From: Candidatus Ventricola intestinavium
GTDB taxonomy: Bacteria; Bacillota; Clostridia; Christensenellales; Aristaeellaceae
Length of the DNA: 30,567 nucleotides
Direction: 5' to 3'
Assembly (NCBI GenBank): GCA_018715105.1
Contig: DVMG01000198.1
Span: 1-30,567, forward strand
Positions 20,450 to 28,841 of the stretch are shown here, in pieces. Under the pieces are notes generated by a model, which was not told where the DNA came from, made no database searches, and saw only the letters and a program-made list of their open reading frames with translations. How positions within the stretch are numbered: position 1 is the stretch's first letter; every line of letters begins with the position of its first letter. The translations under genes and the position numbers were made by a program.

Positions 20450-21928
20450 TCAGGCCTCCTTCCCTTGCCCGCACAGGGGCCGCTGCCTGTGCCAGGACGT
20501 GTGCTGCTGATAAGCATGCGCGCAGTTCAGGAGCGCCTGCTCGCCAAACGCCCGGCCGATCAGCTGCGCGCCCACCGGCAGGCCCTCTGCGTCAAAGCCG
20601 CAGGGCATCACAAGCCCCGGCAGGCCGGCCATGTTGACCGACACGGTGTAGATGTCCCCCAGGTACATGCGGATTGGATCCTCTGCGTGAAAGCCGAGGG
20701 GATACGCCGTTGTGGGCGCGGCGGGCGTCAAAAGCACATCCGCCTGCTCAAAGCAGGCGTCAAAGCCGCGCTTGATGAGCGTCCGGACCTGCAGGGCCTT
20801 TTTGTAATAGGCATCATAATAGCCGGAGGAAAGCGCAAACGCGCCCAGCATGATCCGCCGCCTGACCTCGGCCCCAAAGCCTTCGCTGCGCGCGGCCACA
20901 TACAGGTCATGCAGCCCCTGCGTGTTCTTCGGCCGGAAGCCAAGCTTCACACCGTCATACCGGGAGAGATTGCTGGATGCCTCCGCGCAGGCCAGCACGT
21001 AATAAGCCGGCACGGCATACGCAAGCACCGGCATGCGCACGGGCACAAGCCGCGCGCCCAGCCCCTCCAGCACATGCGCCGCCTCCATCACGCGCGCGCG
21101 TACCTCCTGCTGAAGCCCCTCGCCGAAATAATCCTCCGGAATGCCCACGCGAAGGCCGTCGAGCGCATCCCCCCGCGGCACGCCGGGCGCAGGCGCATCC
21201 ACGCTGGTGCTGTCAAGCGCATCCCTCCCCATGATTGCGGCCGTCACCGCCGCGGCATCCGCCGCGTCAAGGGCAATCGGGCCAATCTGATCCAGGGAGG
21301 AGGCATAGGCCAGCAGGCCAAAGCGTGAAACCGCTCCATACGTGGGCTTGATGCCCGTCACCCCGCAGAAGGAGGCCGGCTGGCGGATGGATCCCCCCGT
21401 ATCGCTGCCCAGCGCGTAAAAGACCTCCCGCGCCGCGACGGCCGCCGCCGAGCCGCCCGACGAGCCGCCCGGCACGCGGGCGGGATCCCACGGGTTGCGC
21501 GTCGCGCCGAAAAAGGAGGATTCCGTGGAAGACCCCATGGCGAATTCATCCATGTTCGTCTTCCCCAGGCAGACCGCGCCGATCGCCTCCAGCTTTTTCA
21601 CCGCCGTGGCGTCAAACACCGGCACATATTCGCTGAGCATCTTCGAGGCGCACGTCGTGCGCACGCCTTTTGTGGAGAACACGTCCTTGACCGCCATGGG
21701 CACGCCCGCCAGCGGATGGGTGAGCTCGCCGCTGTCGATGCGCCGCTGCACATCCCGCGCCCGCTCAAGCGCCGCCTCCGGCGTGACGGTGACAAACGCA
21801 TGGAGGACGCCCTCAAGCGCTTCCATGCGTGAAAGGCAGGCGCGCACCGCTTCCTCCACCCGGATCTGGCGGCTTTGTATCTTCGCGCCCAGTTCAAGCG
21901 CGGACAGGTCCAGCAGGTTCATCGTCAT
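20450..21928 (-). CDS. gatA: Amidotransferase subunit A
   Basis: Amidase signature GKTNMDEFAMGSS, PGGSSGGS, SDTGGSIRQPA; EASSNLSRYDG. Confidence 0.98.
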   Translation of the reverse strand: MTMNLLDLSALELGAKIQSRQIRVEEAVRACLSRMEALEGVLHAFVTVTPEAALERARDVQRRIDSGELTHPLAGVPMAVKDVFSTKGVRTTCASKMLSEYVPVFDATAVKKLEAIGAVCLGKTNMDEFAMGSSTESSFFGATRNPWDPARVPGGSSGGSAAAVAAREVFYALGSDTGGSIRQPASFCGVTGIKPTYGAVSRFGLLAYASSLDQIGPIALDAADAAAVTAAIMGRDALDSTSVDAPAPGVPRGDALDGLRVGIPEDYFGEGLQQEVRARVMEAAHVLEGLGARLVPVRMPVLAYAVPAYYVLACAEASSNLSRYDGVKLGFRPKNTQGLHDLYVAARSEGFGAEVRRRIMLGAFALSSGYYDAYYKKALQVRTLIKRGFDACFEQADVLLTPAAPTTAYPLGFHAEDPIRMYLGDIYTVSVNMAGLPGLVMPCGFDAEGLPVGAQLIGRAFGEQALLNCAHAYQQHTSWHRQRPLCGQGKEA

Positions 21929-21969
21929 TCCTCCTTTACAGGGCTGCTTTTACAGGGCTGCCTGCCGCC

Positions 21970-22257
21970 TCATTCCACGGTTCTTGGCACGACAAAGCAT
22001 CCATCCTTCTTTTCCGGCGCGTTTTTGAGAATCGCCTCGCGGTCCATGCTCTCGCGAACCTCATCCTCACGAAACACGTTTTTGACCGGGAAGACGTGGC
22101 TCATCGGTTCCACGCCTTCGGTATCGATTTCCGCCAGCTGATCGACATAGCCGATCATCCGCGCCAGATCGTCCCTGGCTTTCGCTCGCTGCGCATCATC
22201 CAGTTTCAGGTGCGCCAGCTCCGCCACATAGGCGATCAGGCCATCGGTAATCTCCAT
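21970..22257 (-). CDS. gatC: Amidotransferase subunit C
   Basis: AELAHL, DTEGVEP, FREDEV, FVVPRTVE; directly upstream of gatA. Confidence 0.96.
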   Translation of the reverse strand: MEITDGLIAYVAELAHLKLDDAQRAKARDDLARMIGYVDQLAEIDTEGVEPMSHVFPVKNVFREDEVRESMDREAILKNAPEKKDGCFVVPRTVE

Positions 22258-22302
22258 GGCTCCTCCTCCTTTTCTTTTTCGCGTGTTCTTTCACGATTCG
22301 TC

Positions 22303-23616
22303 TCAGGGGTCGAGGCGCTGCTGGTCACGCGGGAACAGGCAGGCCATCCGCACGTTGTCAAGCCCCAGCAGGCGCGCGGTAAACCGCTCAAGCCCCATTC
22401 CCAGGCCCCCATGCGGGCAGGTGCCGCAGCGGTGAAGGGTCAGATATCCGGCAAAATCCTCCGGATTCATGCCCCTTCTCTTCATCTTGTCGACCTGCTC
22501 CCTGTAATCGTGAATGCGCTGCCCGCCGGTTGTGACCTCCATGCCGCGGAAGAGCAGATCGAAGGAGAGCGTATACCGGGGATCCTGCGGGTCATCGGCC
22601 GCGTAAAACGGGCGCTTTCTGCTGGGATAGTGCGTGACAAACACAAACTCACTGCCGGATTCCTCTTCAAACAGCCGGGAAATAAGCTGCTCTTCTTCCG
22701 GCTCCAAATCAAACGGATCGCGGATCGGGCGGTGATACCGCTCGCTCACCCGCTGCTTCGCCTCGTCAAAACGCACGGCGGGGATGGAGGAAACCTGCGG
22801 CAGCTTCACCCCCAGCAGATCCAGCTGCGGCGCATAATCGCTTTCAAGCACCTGTATGATGCGCTGAAGCACCGCCGCTTCCATCTGCATCACGTCCTCA
22901 AAGCCGTCGATAAAGCCCATCTCGAAATCCAGGGAGGTGTATTCATTGAGGTGTCGGGGTGTGTTGTGCTTTTCCGCCCGGAATACCGGCCCCACCTCAA
23001 ACACGCGCTCATACACCGGCACCATCGCCTGCTTATAAAACTGCGGGCTCTGTGCCAGATAGGCGCGGCGTCCGAAGTATTCCATCCGGAAGAGGTTGGC
23101 TCCTCCTTCCGCGTTTTGCGCGACGATTTTGGGGGAATGGATCTCGGTGAAGCCCTCTTCCAGCAGCGCCTGGCGAAAACCGCGCACAACGCCTTCCTGA
23201 ATTTTAAAGACGGCGCGTTTTCTCAGGTTGCGCAGCGTCACAAACCGCAGCGACAGATCGCTTGAAAGTGAAAGGTTCATCCGGTTTTTGCCGATGGGCA
23301 CGGGCAGGGCCCCCGCCGCGCGCGCGAGCACCTGAACGCTCTGCACGTGCAGCTCCGCGCCGCCGGGCGCACGCCCGTCCCGCCGGACGCATCCTTCCAC
23401 CTTCACCGCATCCGCCTCGCGCACATCCGCCTCCCGGTCGGTCAGCACGCATTGCAAAACGCCCTGCGGCATGCGCAGCAGCATGAAGCGCACATCCCCC
23501 AGATCGCGCAGCGTATGCACGATGCCATGCACATGCGCGCAGGCCCCTTCCTGCATGGCAAGCACATCCGAGCGCGTGTGTTCGCCTTTTTTGATCTCTC
23601 CGGTTATGGTCTTCAT
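22303..23616 (-). CDS. aspS: Non-discriminating aspartate--tRNA(Asp/Asn) ligase, archaeal-type short form
   Basis: RAPGGAE anticodon-loop Pro, LAQSPQFYKQ, FRAEKH, GMEVTTGGQR, PHGGLGMGLER; GGAGG RBS before ATG 23616; upstream of gatCAB. Confidence 0.95.
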   Translation of the reverse strand: MKTITGEIKKGEHTRSDVLAMQEGACAHVHGIVHTLRDLGDVRFMLLRMPQGVLQCVLTDREADVREADAVKVEGCVRRDGRAPGGAELHVQSVQVLARAAGALPVPIGKNRMNLSLSSDLSLRFVTLRNLRKRAVFKIQEGVVRGFRQALLEEGFTEIHSPKIVAQNAEGGANLFRMEYFGRRAYLAQSPQFYKQAMVPVYERVFEVGPVFRAEKHNTPRHLNEYTSLDFEMGFIDGFEDVMQMEAAVLQRIIQVLESDYAPQLDLLGVKLPQVSSIPAVRFDEAKQRVSERYHRPIRDPFDLEPEEEQLISRLFEEESGSEFVFVTHYPSRKRPFYAADDPQDPRYTLSFDLLFRGMEVTTGGQRIHDYREQVDKMKRRGMNPEDFAGYLTLHRCGTCPHGGLGMGLERFTARLLGLDNVRMACLFPRDQQRLDP

Positions 23617-23692
23617 CGCGATTCCTCCGATCTTTTCCCGCGGGGCGCCGTTTTGTGTCCGCATGCCTTCCGGTGCAAAATCGCCGGCCAAC

Positions 23693-23970
23693 AAAAAAAC
23701 GTCCCGAACACATGCTCGGGACGGGAACAAACACAATACCCCCGCGGTACCACCCAAGTTGCTGCCTGCGGCCATCACCCGGCAGCCTCTCGAACCCTTA
23801 ACGCGGGTGAAACGGATGCGTCTGGGCGCGGCAGGGGCCGCACGGTCGGCGCACCGGCTCCGGAGTGTTCTTTCGCCTGCGGGGTTTCTGCGCGCGGCTC
23901 TCAGTCCATGGCCGCGCCTCCCTGATCGAAAACGCAGGGTACTCGTCTCTTTCTCAGCCGTTTTGATTAT
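23693..23970 (-). ncRNA. T-box riboswitch with Asn (AAC) specifier controlling aspS-gatCAB
   Basis: AACTTGGGTGGTACCGCG at 23760-23743; terminator CGTCCCGAGCA/TGTTCGGGACG plus T-tract; specifier loop GAAAGAACA with AAC at 23869-23867. Confidence 0.92.
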
Positions 23971-23977
23971 GGTGAGC

Positions 23978-24006
23978 ATTATAGCGTCCGAAAATGCATC
24001 TGTCAA
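23978..24006 (-). promoter_or_regulatory. Consensus sigma-A promoter of the aspS leader
   Basis: TTGACA-17 nt-TATAAT. Confidence 0.9.
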
Positions 24007-24092
24007 GAGATTTCTCTCAAATTTCTTTCGATTTTCAAACAAACCGAAGAGAATCTGGATTTTTTCTTCTTTTTTCCGCCTTCTTTTTCGGT

Positions 24093-24121
24093 TTGACAGT
24101 CCCGCGCAAAACGGGTATACT
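24093..24121 (+). promoter_or_regulatory. Sigma-A promoter of the YbjN-like gene
   Basis: TTGACA-17 nt-TATACT. Confidence 0.85.
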
Positions 24122-24162
24122 GAAAGAAAGAAATCGCTTGAAGCGGAAACGGAGGCGCCCTC

Positions 24163-24630
24163 ATGGCCTATTCACAGGAAATTACCGACAAGCTGCGCGC
24201 GTTCTTTTCGGCATCCGGCATCCATACCACGTTTGAGGAAAGGGAAAACGTGGCCCTGTTCACCCTGCGCATGAAACTCAGCTGCCGGCTTCAAAGCGCG
24301 CAGATGCTCCTTATCGTGCGGGAGGATAACTTTTCCGCGCTCGCCCAGATCCCTCTCTCCGCCGGGGAAGACACGCGCCTTGCCGTGGCGGAATACATCA
24401 CACGCGCGAATTTCAACATGCGCAACGGCAATTTCGAGCTGAATATGGATGATGGAGAAATCCGCTTTAAAACATACGTCCACGCCGGCAAGGAGCCGCT
24501 TGATATGAACGCGGCCCGGCTCGCGATCACGCTTCCGTTTGTGATGTTCAACCGGTTTGGGGACGGGCTGCTCGACGTTCTCTTCGGCTTCAAGTCCCCC
24601 AGGGAAGCGTTTGAGGCCGTTCGCGGCTGA
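24163..24630 (+). CDS. YbjN-domain protein (T3SS-chaperone-like fold)
   Basis: VAEYITRANFNMRNGNFELNMDDGEIRFK; GGAGG RBS. Confidence 0.85.
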   Translation: MAYSQEITDKLRAFFSASGIHTTFEERENVALFTLRMKLSCRLQSAQMLLIVREDNFSALAQIPLSAGEDTRLAVAEYITRANFNMRNGNFELNMDDGEIRFKTYVHAGKEPLDMNAARLAITLPFVMFNRFGDGLLDVLFGFKSPREAFEAVRG

Positions 24631-24640
24631 GGGCCGGCGC

Positions 24641-25288
24641 CTATTTCTTTCCTTTCGGGTTGCCGTTCGCATATTCGCATAACGCATGCAACGTGCATGT
24701 CGGGCATGCGGGACGGCGGGCTGTGCAGACCTGCCGTCCATGAAGGATCAGCCAGTGGTGTGCGCGGCTCCACTGCTCTTTGGGGATATGTTCCATCAGC
24801 TGGCGCTCGGTTTTGAGCACATCCGGCGCATCGGCCAGGCCCAGGCGGTTGCTCACGCGGAAGACATGCGTGTCCACGGCGATCGCATCCATGCCAAAGG
24901 CGCAGCTCATCACCACATTGGCCGTCTTGCGGCCCACACCGGGCAGCGTCTGCAACGCCTCATGATCCGCCGGCACCTCCCCGCCGTATTTTTCACACAG
25001 CGTCCGCGCCGTCAGCACGAGATTTTTGGCCTTATTGTGGTAAAGGCCGCATGTCCTGATCAAGGGTTCCACCTCCTCGGGGCTGGCCGCGGCCAGCGCC
25101 GCGGCGTCGGGATACGCCTCAAAGAGCGCCGGTGTAACCATGTTCACCTTTACATCCGTACACTGCGCGGACAGGATGACGGCCACAAGCAGCTGATAGG
25201 GGTTTTTAAAATGCAGCGCCGGCCCGGCCTGGGGATACAGACGGCTCAGCTCCGCAAGGATGCCTTTGTTTTTTTCTTCCTGCGTCAT
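24641..25288 (-). CDS. nth: Endonuclease III
   Basis: LLVAVILSAQCTD, HhH LPGVGRKTANV, VDTHVFRV, 4Fe-4S motif CTARRPACPTCTLHALC. Confidence 0.97.
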   Translation of the reverse strand: MTQEEKNKGILAELSRLYPQAGPALHFKNPYQLLVAVILSAQCTDVKVNMVTPALFEAYPDAAALAAASPEEVEPLIRTCGLYHNKAKNLVLTARTLCEKYGGEVPADHEALQTLPGVGRKTANVVMSCAFGMDAIAVDTHVFRVSNRLGLADAPDVLKTERQLMEHIPKEQWSRAHHWLILHGRQVCTARRPACPTCTLHALCEYANGNPKGKK

Positions 25289-25540
25289 ATGTGTTTTCCT
25301 TTCTACGCTCATCGTTTCATCGGCAGCGCCGCATCTGCGAAACGGTTTTCACCATTATAGCCTTGCCGCGAAAAAAAGGCAAGCCGTCCGCCCCGGCGTC
25401 TTCCCCGGCGCGCGGCCTGATTTTTCCATGCAGCCCGCTTGTATTCGGGAACCTGCGGATGCCGCAGGACGGCATTCGCGGGTTCCCGCCTTTTCCTGCC
25501 TTTGTCTCTCCGTTTTCAGCCGGGCTCTGCCTGCGCCGCG

Positions 25541-25813
25541 CTACATATGCAGCGGCGTAAGCTGAATCTGGCGTGTGCCGTAATGATCCACACGGTAAAA
25601 ACCGATGAGCGCGCCGGGATTCACCCGCCGGTAAACCTGCATCACCTGCGCGGCCTCCGACAGCTCAAACCGAACGGAAAGCCCGCAACCGATCGCCACC
25701 TCGCGCGGCGTGGAAATCACGCCGGCAGAAAGCCCTGCGCGCCGCAGGGCATCCTCCATGCGCAGCACCTGCGTGCGCGAACGGAAAGCGGCAATGCCAA
25801 AGGATTGATTCAT
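25541..25813 (-). CDS. DUF3343-family small protein (putative S/Se carrier)
   Basis: AAFRS, VISTPREVAIGCGLSVRF; RBS spacing favours ATG 25813 (alternative 25819). Confidence 0.75.
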   Translation of the reverse strand: MNQSFGIAAFRSRTQVLRMEDALRRAGLSAGVISTPREVAIGCGLSVRFELSEAAQVMQVYRRVNPGALIGFYRVDHYGTRQIQLTPLHM

Positions 25814-25925
25814 GTGCATTCCCCTCCCCTGGGTCTACCTGAGGGCAGACCTCATATACTGTAGCGTATGAAGGGCGCGGCTCGGCGGTGCGGGCACGGC
25901 GCAGGAGGAAGGAAAGGGATGCGGG

Positions 25926-27068
25926 ATGATCTATCTGGATAACGCGGCCACCAGCTTTCCCAAGCCGGATTGCACGGCAGAAGCGATGACGGCGGCGCTC
26001 ACACAATACGGGGCCAATCCCGGCCGGTCGGGGCATGCTCTGGCGCTTGAAGCCGGGCGGATCATGGAAAGCTGCCGCGAGGAAATCGCCCGGATGCTGG
26101 GCGAACCCGACGCCTCGCGCGTGGCCTTTTCCCAAAATACGACGGATGCCCTCAACATGGCCATCCACGGCGTGCTGCGCAGCGGCGACCACGTGGTTTC
26201 CACGCTCATGGAGCATAACTCCGTTCTGCGGCCGCTTTCCGAGCTTTCGCGCAGTGGGATTATCACGCTCACCCTCATTCCTCCGGACAGCGAAGGACGC
26301 ATCCATGCGCAGGATATCGAGCGGGCTCTGACTCCGCGCACACGTCTTGTGGCGATGACGCACATGTCTAACGTTCTGGGGATCGAGCAGGATGTCGCCG
26401 CTGTGGGCGCCATGTGCAGGCGGCGCGGCGTGCTGCTGCTGCTAGACTGCGCGCAGACGGCCGGGCACCTGCCCCTGACTCCGCGCACATGGGGCTGTTC
26501 CCTGCTGGCCATGCCCGGGCACAAGGGGTTGCTCGGCCCACACGGTACGGGTGCGCTGTGGGTGGCGCCGGGGCTGACGCTTGCCCCGCTGCGCCAGGGC
26601 GGGACGGGATCGATGTCCGAGAGCATGTTCCAGCCGCGCATGATGCCCGACAGCCTGGAAAGCGGCACGCAGAATCTGCCGGGCATTGCCGGCCTGCTGG
26701 CGGGCATGCGCTTTGCCCTTTCCCATCGCGAACAGGCGCACGAGCAATCCGTCGCCCTGTGCACACGCATGCGCGAGGAACTGCTCAACTTGCCGGGCAT
26801 CCGGGTCTATACACAACCCGGCGCGTCGCTTTTGAGCTTTAATGTGGAGGGAATCGCTTCCCAGGAAGTGGCCTCTGCGCTGGATGAAGCGGGCATTGCC
26901 GTTCGCGGCGGGCTGCACTGCGCCCCCGGCGTGCACCGGTTTCTGGGCACGCTTTCCTGCGGCGCTGTGCGCGTAAGCCCCTGCCTCTTCAACACCCTGG
27001 AAGACGCCATGGCCCTGGTTCGGGCTGTAGCGCGCATCGCAAGCGGCGCATCCTCCCCCGCCGTTTAA
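25926..27068 (+). CDS. Cysteine desulfurase-family class V aminotransferase
   Basis: IYLDNAATS, EHNSV, LDCAQTAG, PGHKGLLGP (PLP Lys), ESGTQN, RGGLHCAP (catalytic Cys). Confidence 0.93.
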   Translation: MIYLDNAATSFPKPDCTAEAMTAALTQYGANPGRSGHALALEAGRIMESCREEIARMLGEPDASRVAFSQNTTDALNMAIHGVLRSGDHVVSTLMEHNSVLRPLSELSRSGIITLTLIPPDSEGRIHAQDIERALTPRTRLVAMTHMSNVLGIEQDVAAVGAMCRRRGVLLLLDCAQTAGHLPLTPRTWGCSLLAMPGHKGLLGPHGTGALWVAPGLTLAPLRQGGTGSMSESMFQPRMMPDSLESGTQNLPGIAGLLAGMRFALSHREQAHEQSVALCTRMREELLNLPGIRVYTQPGASLLSFNVEGIASQEVASALDEAGIAVRGGLHCAPGVHRFLGTLSCGAVRVSPCLFNTLEDAMALVRAVARIASGASSPAV

Positions 27069-27094
27069 GCACGGGAAGAATGGACCGCCAAGAG

Positions 27095-27144
27095 AAAAGC
27101 GGGCCGTTTCCTCTTCATGAAAGAGGGAAAACGGCCCGCTTTTT
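27095..27144. terminator. Bidirectional terminator
   Basis: Perfect 15-bp stem AAAAGCGGGCCGTTT/AAACGGCCCGCTTTT between convergent genes. Confidence 0.88.
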
Positions 27145-27160
27145 CCATTTGGACGATGCA

Positions 27161-27346
27161 TCAATCCACGTTTCCGTCGCTGATGAGCGTTTTAAAACGC
27201 ACCACACTGATGCGGTATTCCCTTCCGCAGTGGGTGCAAAACAGCGGGAAGCGGTAAAGCACGGTATCTTCCGCCACGCTGATATCGGTATCCTGCTTGC
27301 AAACCGGACATGGGATTTTCCTGAGTTCTTCCATCTGCTTGACCAT
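27161..27346 (-). CDS. Cysteine-rich KTR-like small zinc-binding protein
   Basis: CPVC..EDTVLYRFPLFCTHC pattern; GGAG RBS. Confidence 0.8.
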   Translation of the reverse strand: MVKQMEELRKIPCPVCKQDTDISVAEDTVLYRFPLFCTHCGREYRISVVRFKTLISDGNVD

Positions 27347-27720
27347 ATGCGTTCTTCTCCTTTTACGGATTTCTTCCCGGGCGACTCATTCCCCCGCCAG
27401 AATAAATCTATTTTAGCAAGCAGCATTTTAGGCGGCCTTCCTCCCACGCGAAATACCGCTATTTAGTCGCGAAACCACATCCTTCTTCCTGGATTGCCGC
27501 ACGGAATTTTGAGCACTTTGAGTCGGCTTTTTCCCTCCCAAAGGATTCAAATCCATCAAAAAAAACGGCCTTTTCCCCAAAAGCGGCAGGCGCCGCCTCT
27601 AAGAAAAAGCCGTCCTTTCCCTCCATCCAAATGCAATCAACGCGCATCAAGCGGGCCATTTTCCCGCCCGGCGCCGCCTTTTCCGGCTGCCTCCATGCCC
27701 TTTTCATGGGGCCCTGTCTT

Positions 27721-28287
27721 TCAGCCTTCTTTCTCCTCTTCCGCTTTTTCCTGCGCACCGCTGCGGTCGGCCTCCCCCAGCTGCTCCATGATCGTCTGAT
27801 ACAGATAAGGCGCGCGGCCCGGCCATCTTTCGCAAAACCGTCTGGCCTGCGCCTTGGTCGCGGCGGTCAGCGTGAGGCAGAATATTTCCGCACCCGACTC
27901 GAGCGCGCGCAGCGTGACGATAAAGCCGTTGTCCGTCTCCACCCAGTCCGCAGGCATCTGCAGTTCATCCCGAAACCGTCTGCGCCAGGACGCGCCGTTT
28001 TCCTCCAGCTTTTGCTGCAAAGAAGCCCGAATGCGTGAGCCAAACAGCTCCACGCTCTGCCGCCCCTGCGGCGTCAGGATGAGGAGCGTCCCTTCCAGAT
28101 GGTGAGATTCGCGCACAAATCCCGCCTCGCGGAGCGCACCCAGCGCCAGATAAAACTGGAACTGGTTCATCAACTGTGTTTCTACCACGAAGCGCAGCAG
28201 TTGCTCCTGTGTGCAGCCGCCCACGTATTCAAGCGAACGGAGGACGACAAGCTTGTCTTCTTCTTCCGTAGCATGCGTGTCAAACAC
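27721..28287 (-). CDS. DUF4364-family protein (winged-helix-like)
   Basis: KLVVL, MNQFQFYLAL, LTPQGRQSVELF; GGAGGTG RBS with GTG start. Confidence 0.75.
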   Translation of the reverse strand: MFDTHATEEEDKLVVLRSLEYVGGCTQEQLLRFVVETQLMNQFQFYLALGALREAGFVRESHHLEGTLLILTPQGRQSVELFGSRIRASLQQKLEENGASWRRRFRDELQMPADWVETDNGFIVTLRALESGAEIFCLTLTAATKAQARRFCERWPGRAPYLYQTIMEQLGEADRSGAQEKAEEEKEG

Positions 28288-28311
28288 AGGCGCACCTCCC
28301 CAGCGGCGTGC

Positions 28312-28569
28312 TTACTGCTGCTCCTGTTCAGGCTCCTCCTTGACGATATAATCGTCAAGTTCCCTGAGCAGATCATCGCACTCATCGCTGTAAATCGTCA
28401 TGCGGATCGGCTTGGAAAGATCAATCGAAAAAATGCCCAGAATGGATTTGGCATCCACCACATACCGGCCTGAACGCAGATCCATATCATACGGATAACG
28501 ATTCACCAGGCTGACAAAATTCTTCACATGATCGGTCATCATGGTCAGACGAATGGTTACGGTTTTCAT
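28312..28569 (-). CDS. HPr-like phosphocarrier lacking His15
   Basis: GRYVVDAKSILG Ser46 motif; no HARP motif. Confidence 0.88.
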   Translation of the reverse strand: MKTVTIRLTMMTDHVKNFVSLVNRYPYDMDLRSGRYVVDAKSILGIFSIDLSKPIRMTIYSDECDDLLRELDDYIVKEEPEQEQQ

Positions 28570-28601
28570 ACAGAAGCTCCTTCCTCTCTGGCCTGAATAT
28601 G

Positions 28602-28630
28602 ATTATACCTGAAACATCGAACGATTGCAA
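28602..28630 (-). promoter_or_regulatory. Sigma-A promoter of the HPr-like/DUF4364 pair
   Basis: TTGCAA-17 nt-TATAAT. Confidence 0.8.
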
Positions 28631-28723
28631 GCATGCCGGCGGGTTTTGCAAAAAGCATCCTCTGCCGGTCAGTCCTCCAAGGCACGGCGGCATGACAAAA
28701 GGCGCGTTTCTTCGCCTTTTCTC

Positions 28724-28752
28724 TTGCATCCGTCCTCATTTTGCGGTATGAT
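28724..28752 (+). promoter_or_regulatory. Sigma-A promoter of the L,D-transpeptidase-like gene
   Basis: TTGCAT-17 nt-TATGAT. Confidence 0.65.
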
Positions 28753-28841
28753 GGTAGATATCATAAAAGATGTTGATCTTCGGCGCGATGCGCAGGCCCG
28801 CCTTCCCGGTGCGCCTCACGTTTGAAAGGAGCCCAACTGCT

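Noticed and set aside
23617-24042. 142-aa N-terminal extension of AspRS in the ORF track
   Set aside because: It runs through the T-box leader and promoter; the real RBS precedes ATG 23616.
27350-27720. Purine/pyrimidine-tract intergenic region and a Lys/Arg-rich ORF at 27459-27758
   Set aside because: Low-complexity sequence overlapping the DUF4364 3' end; no RBS, defined repeat unit or stable RNA structure seen.
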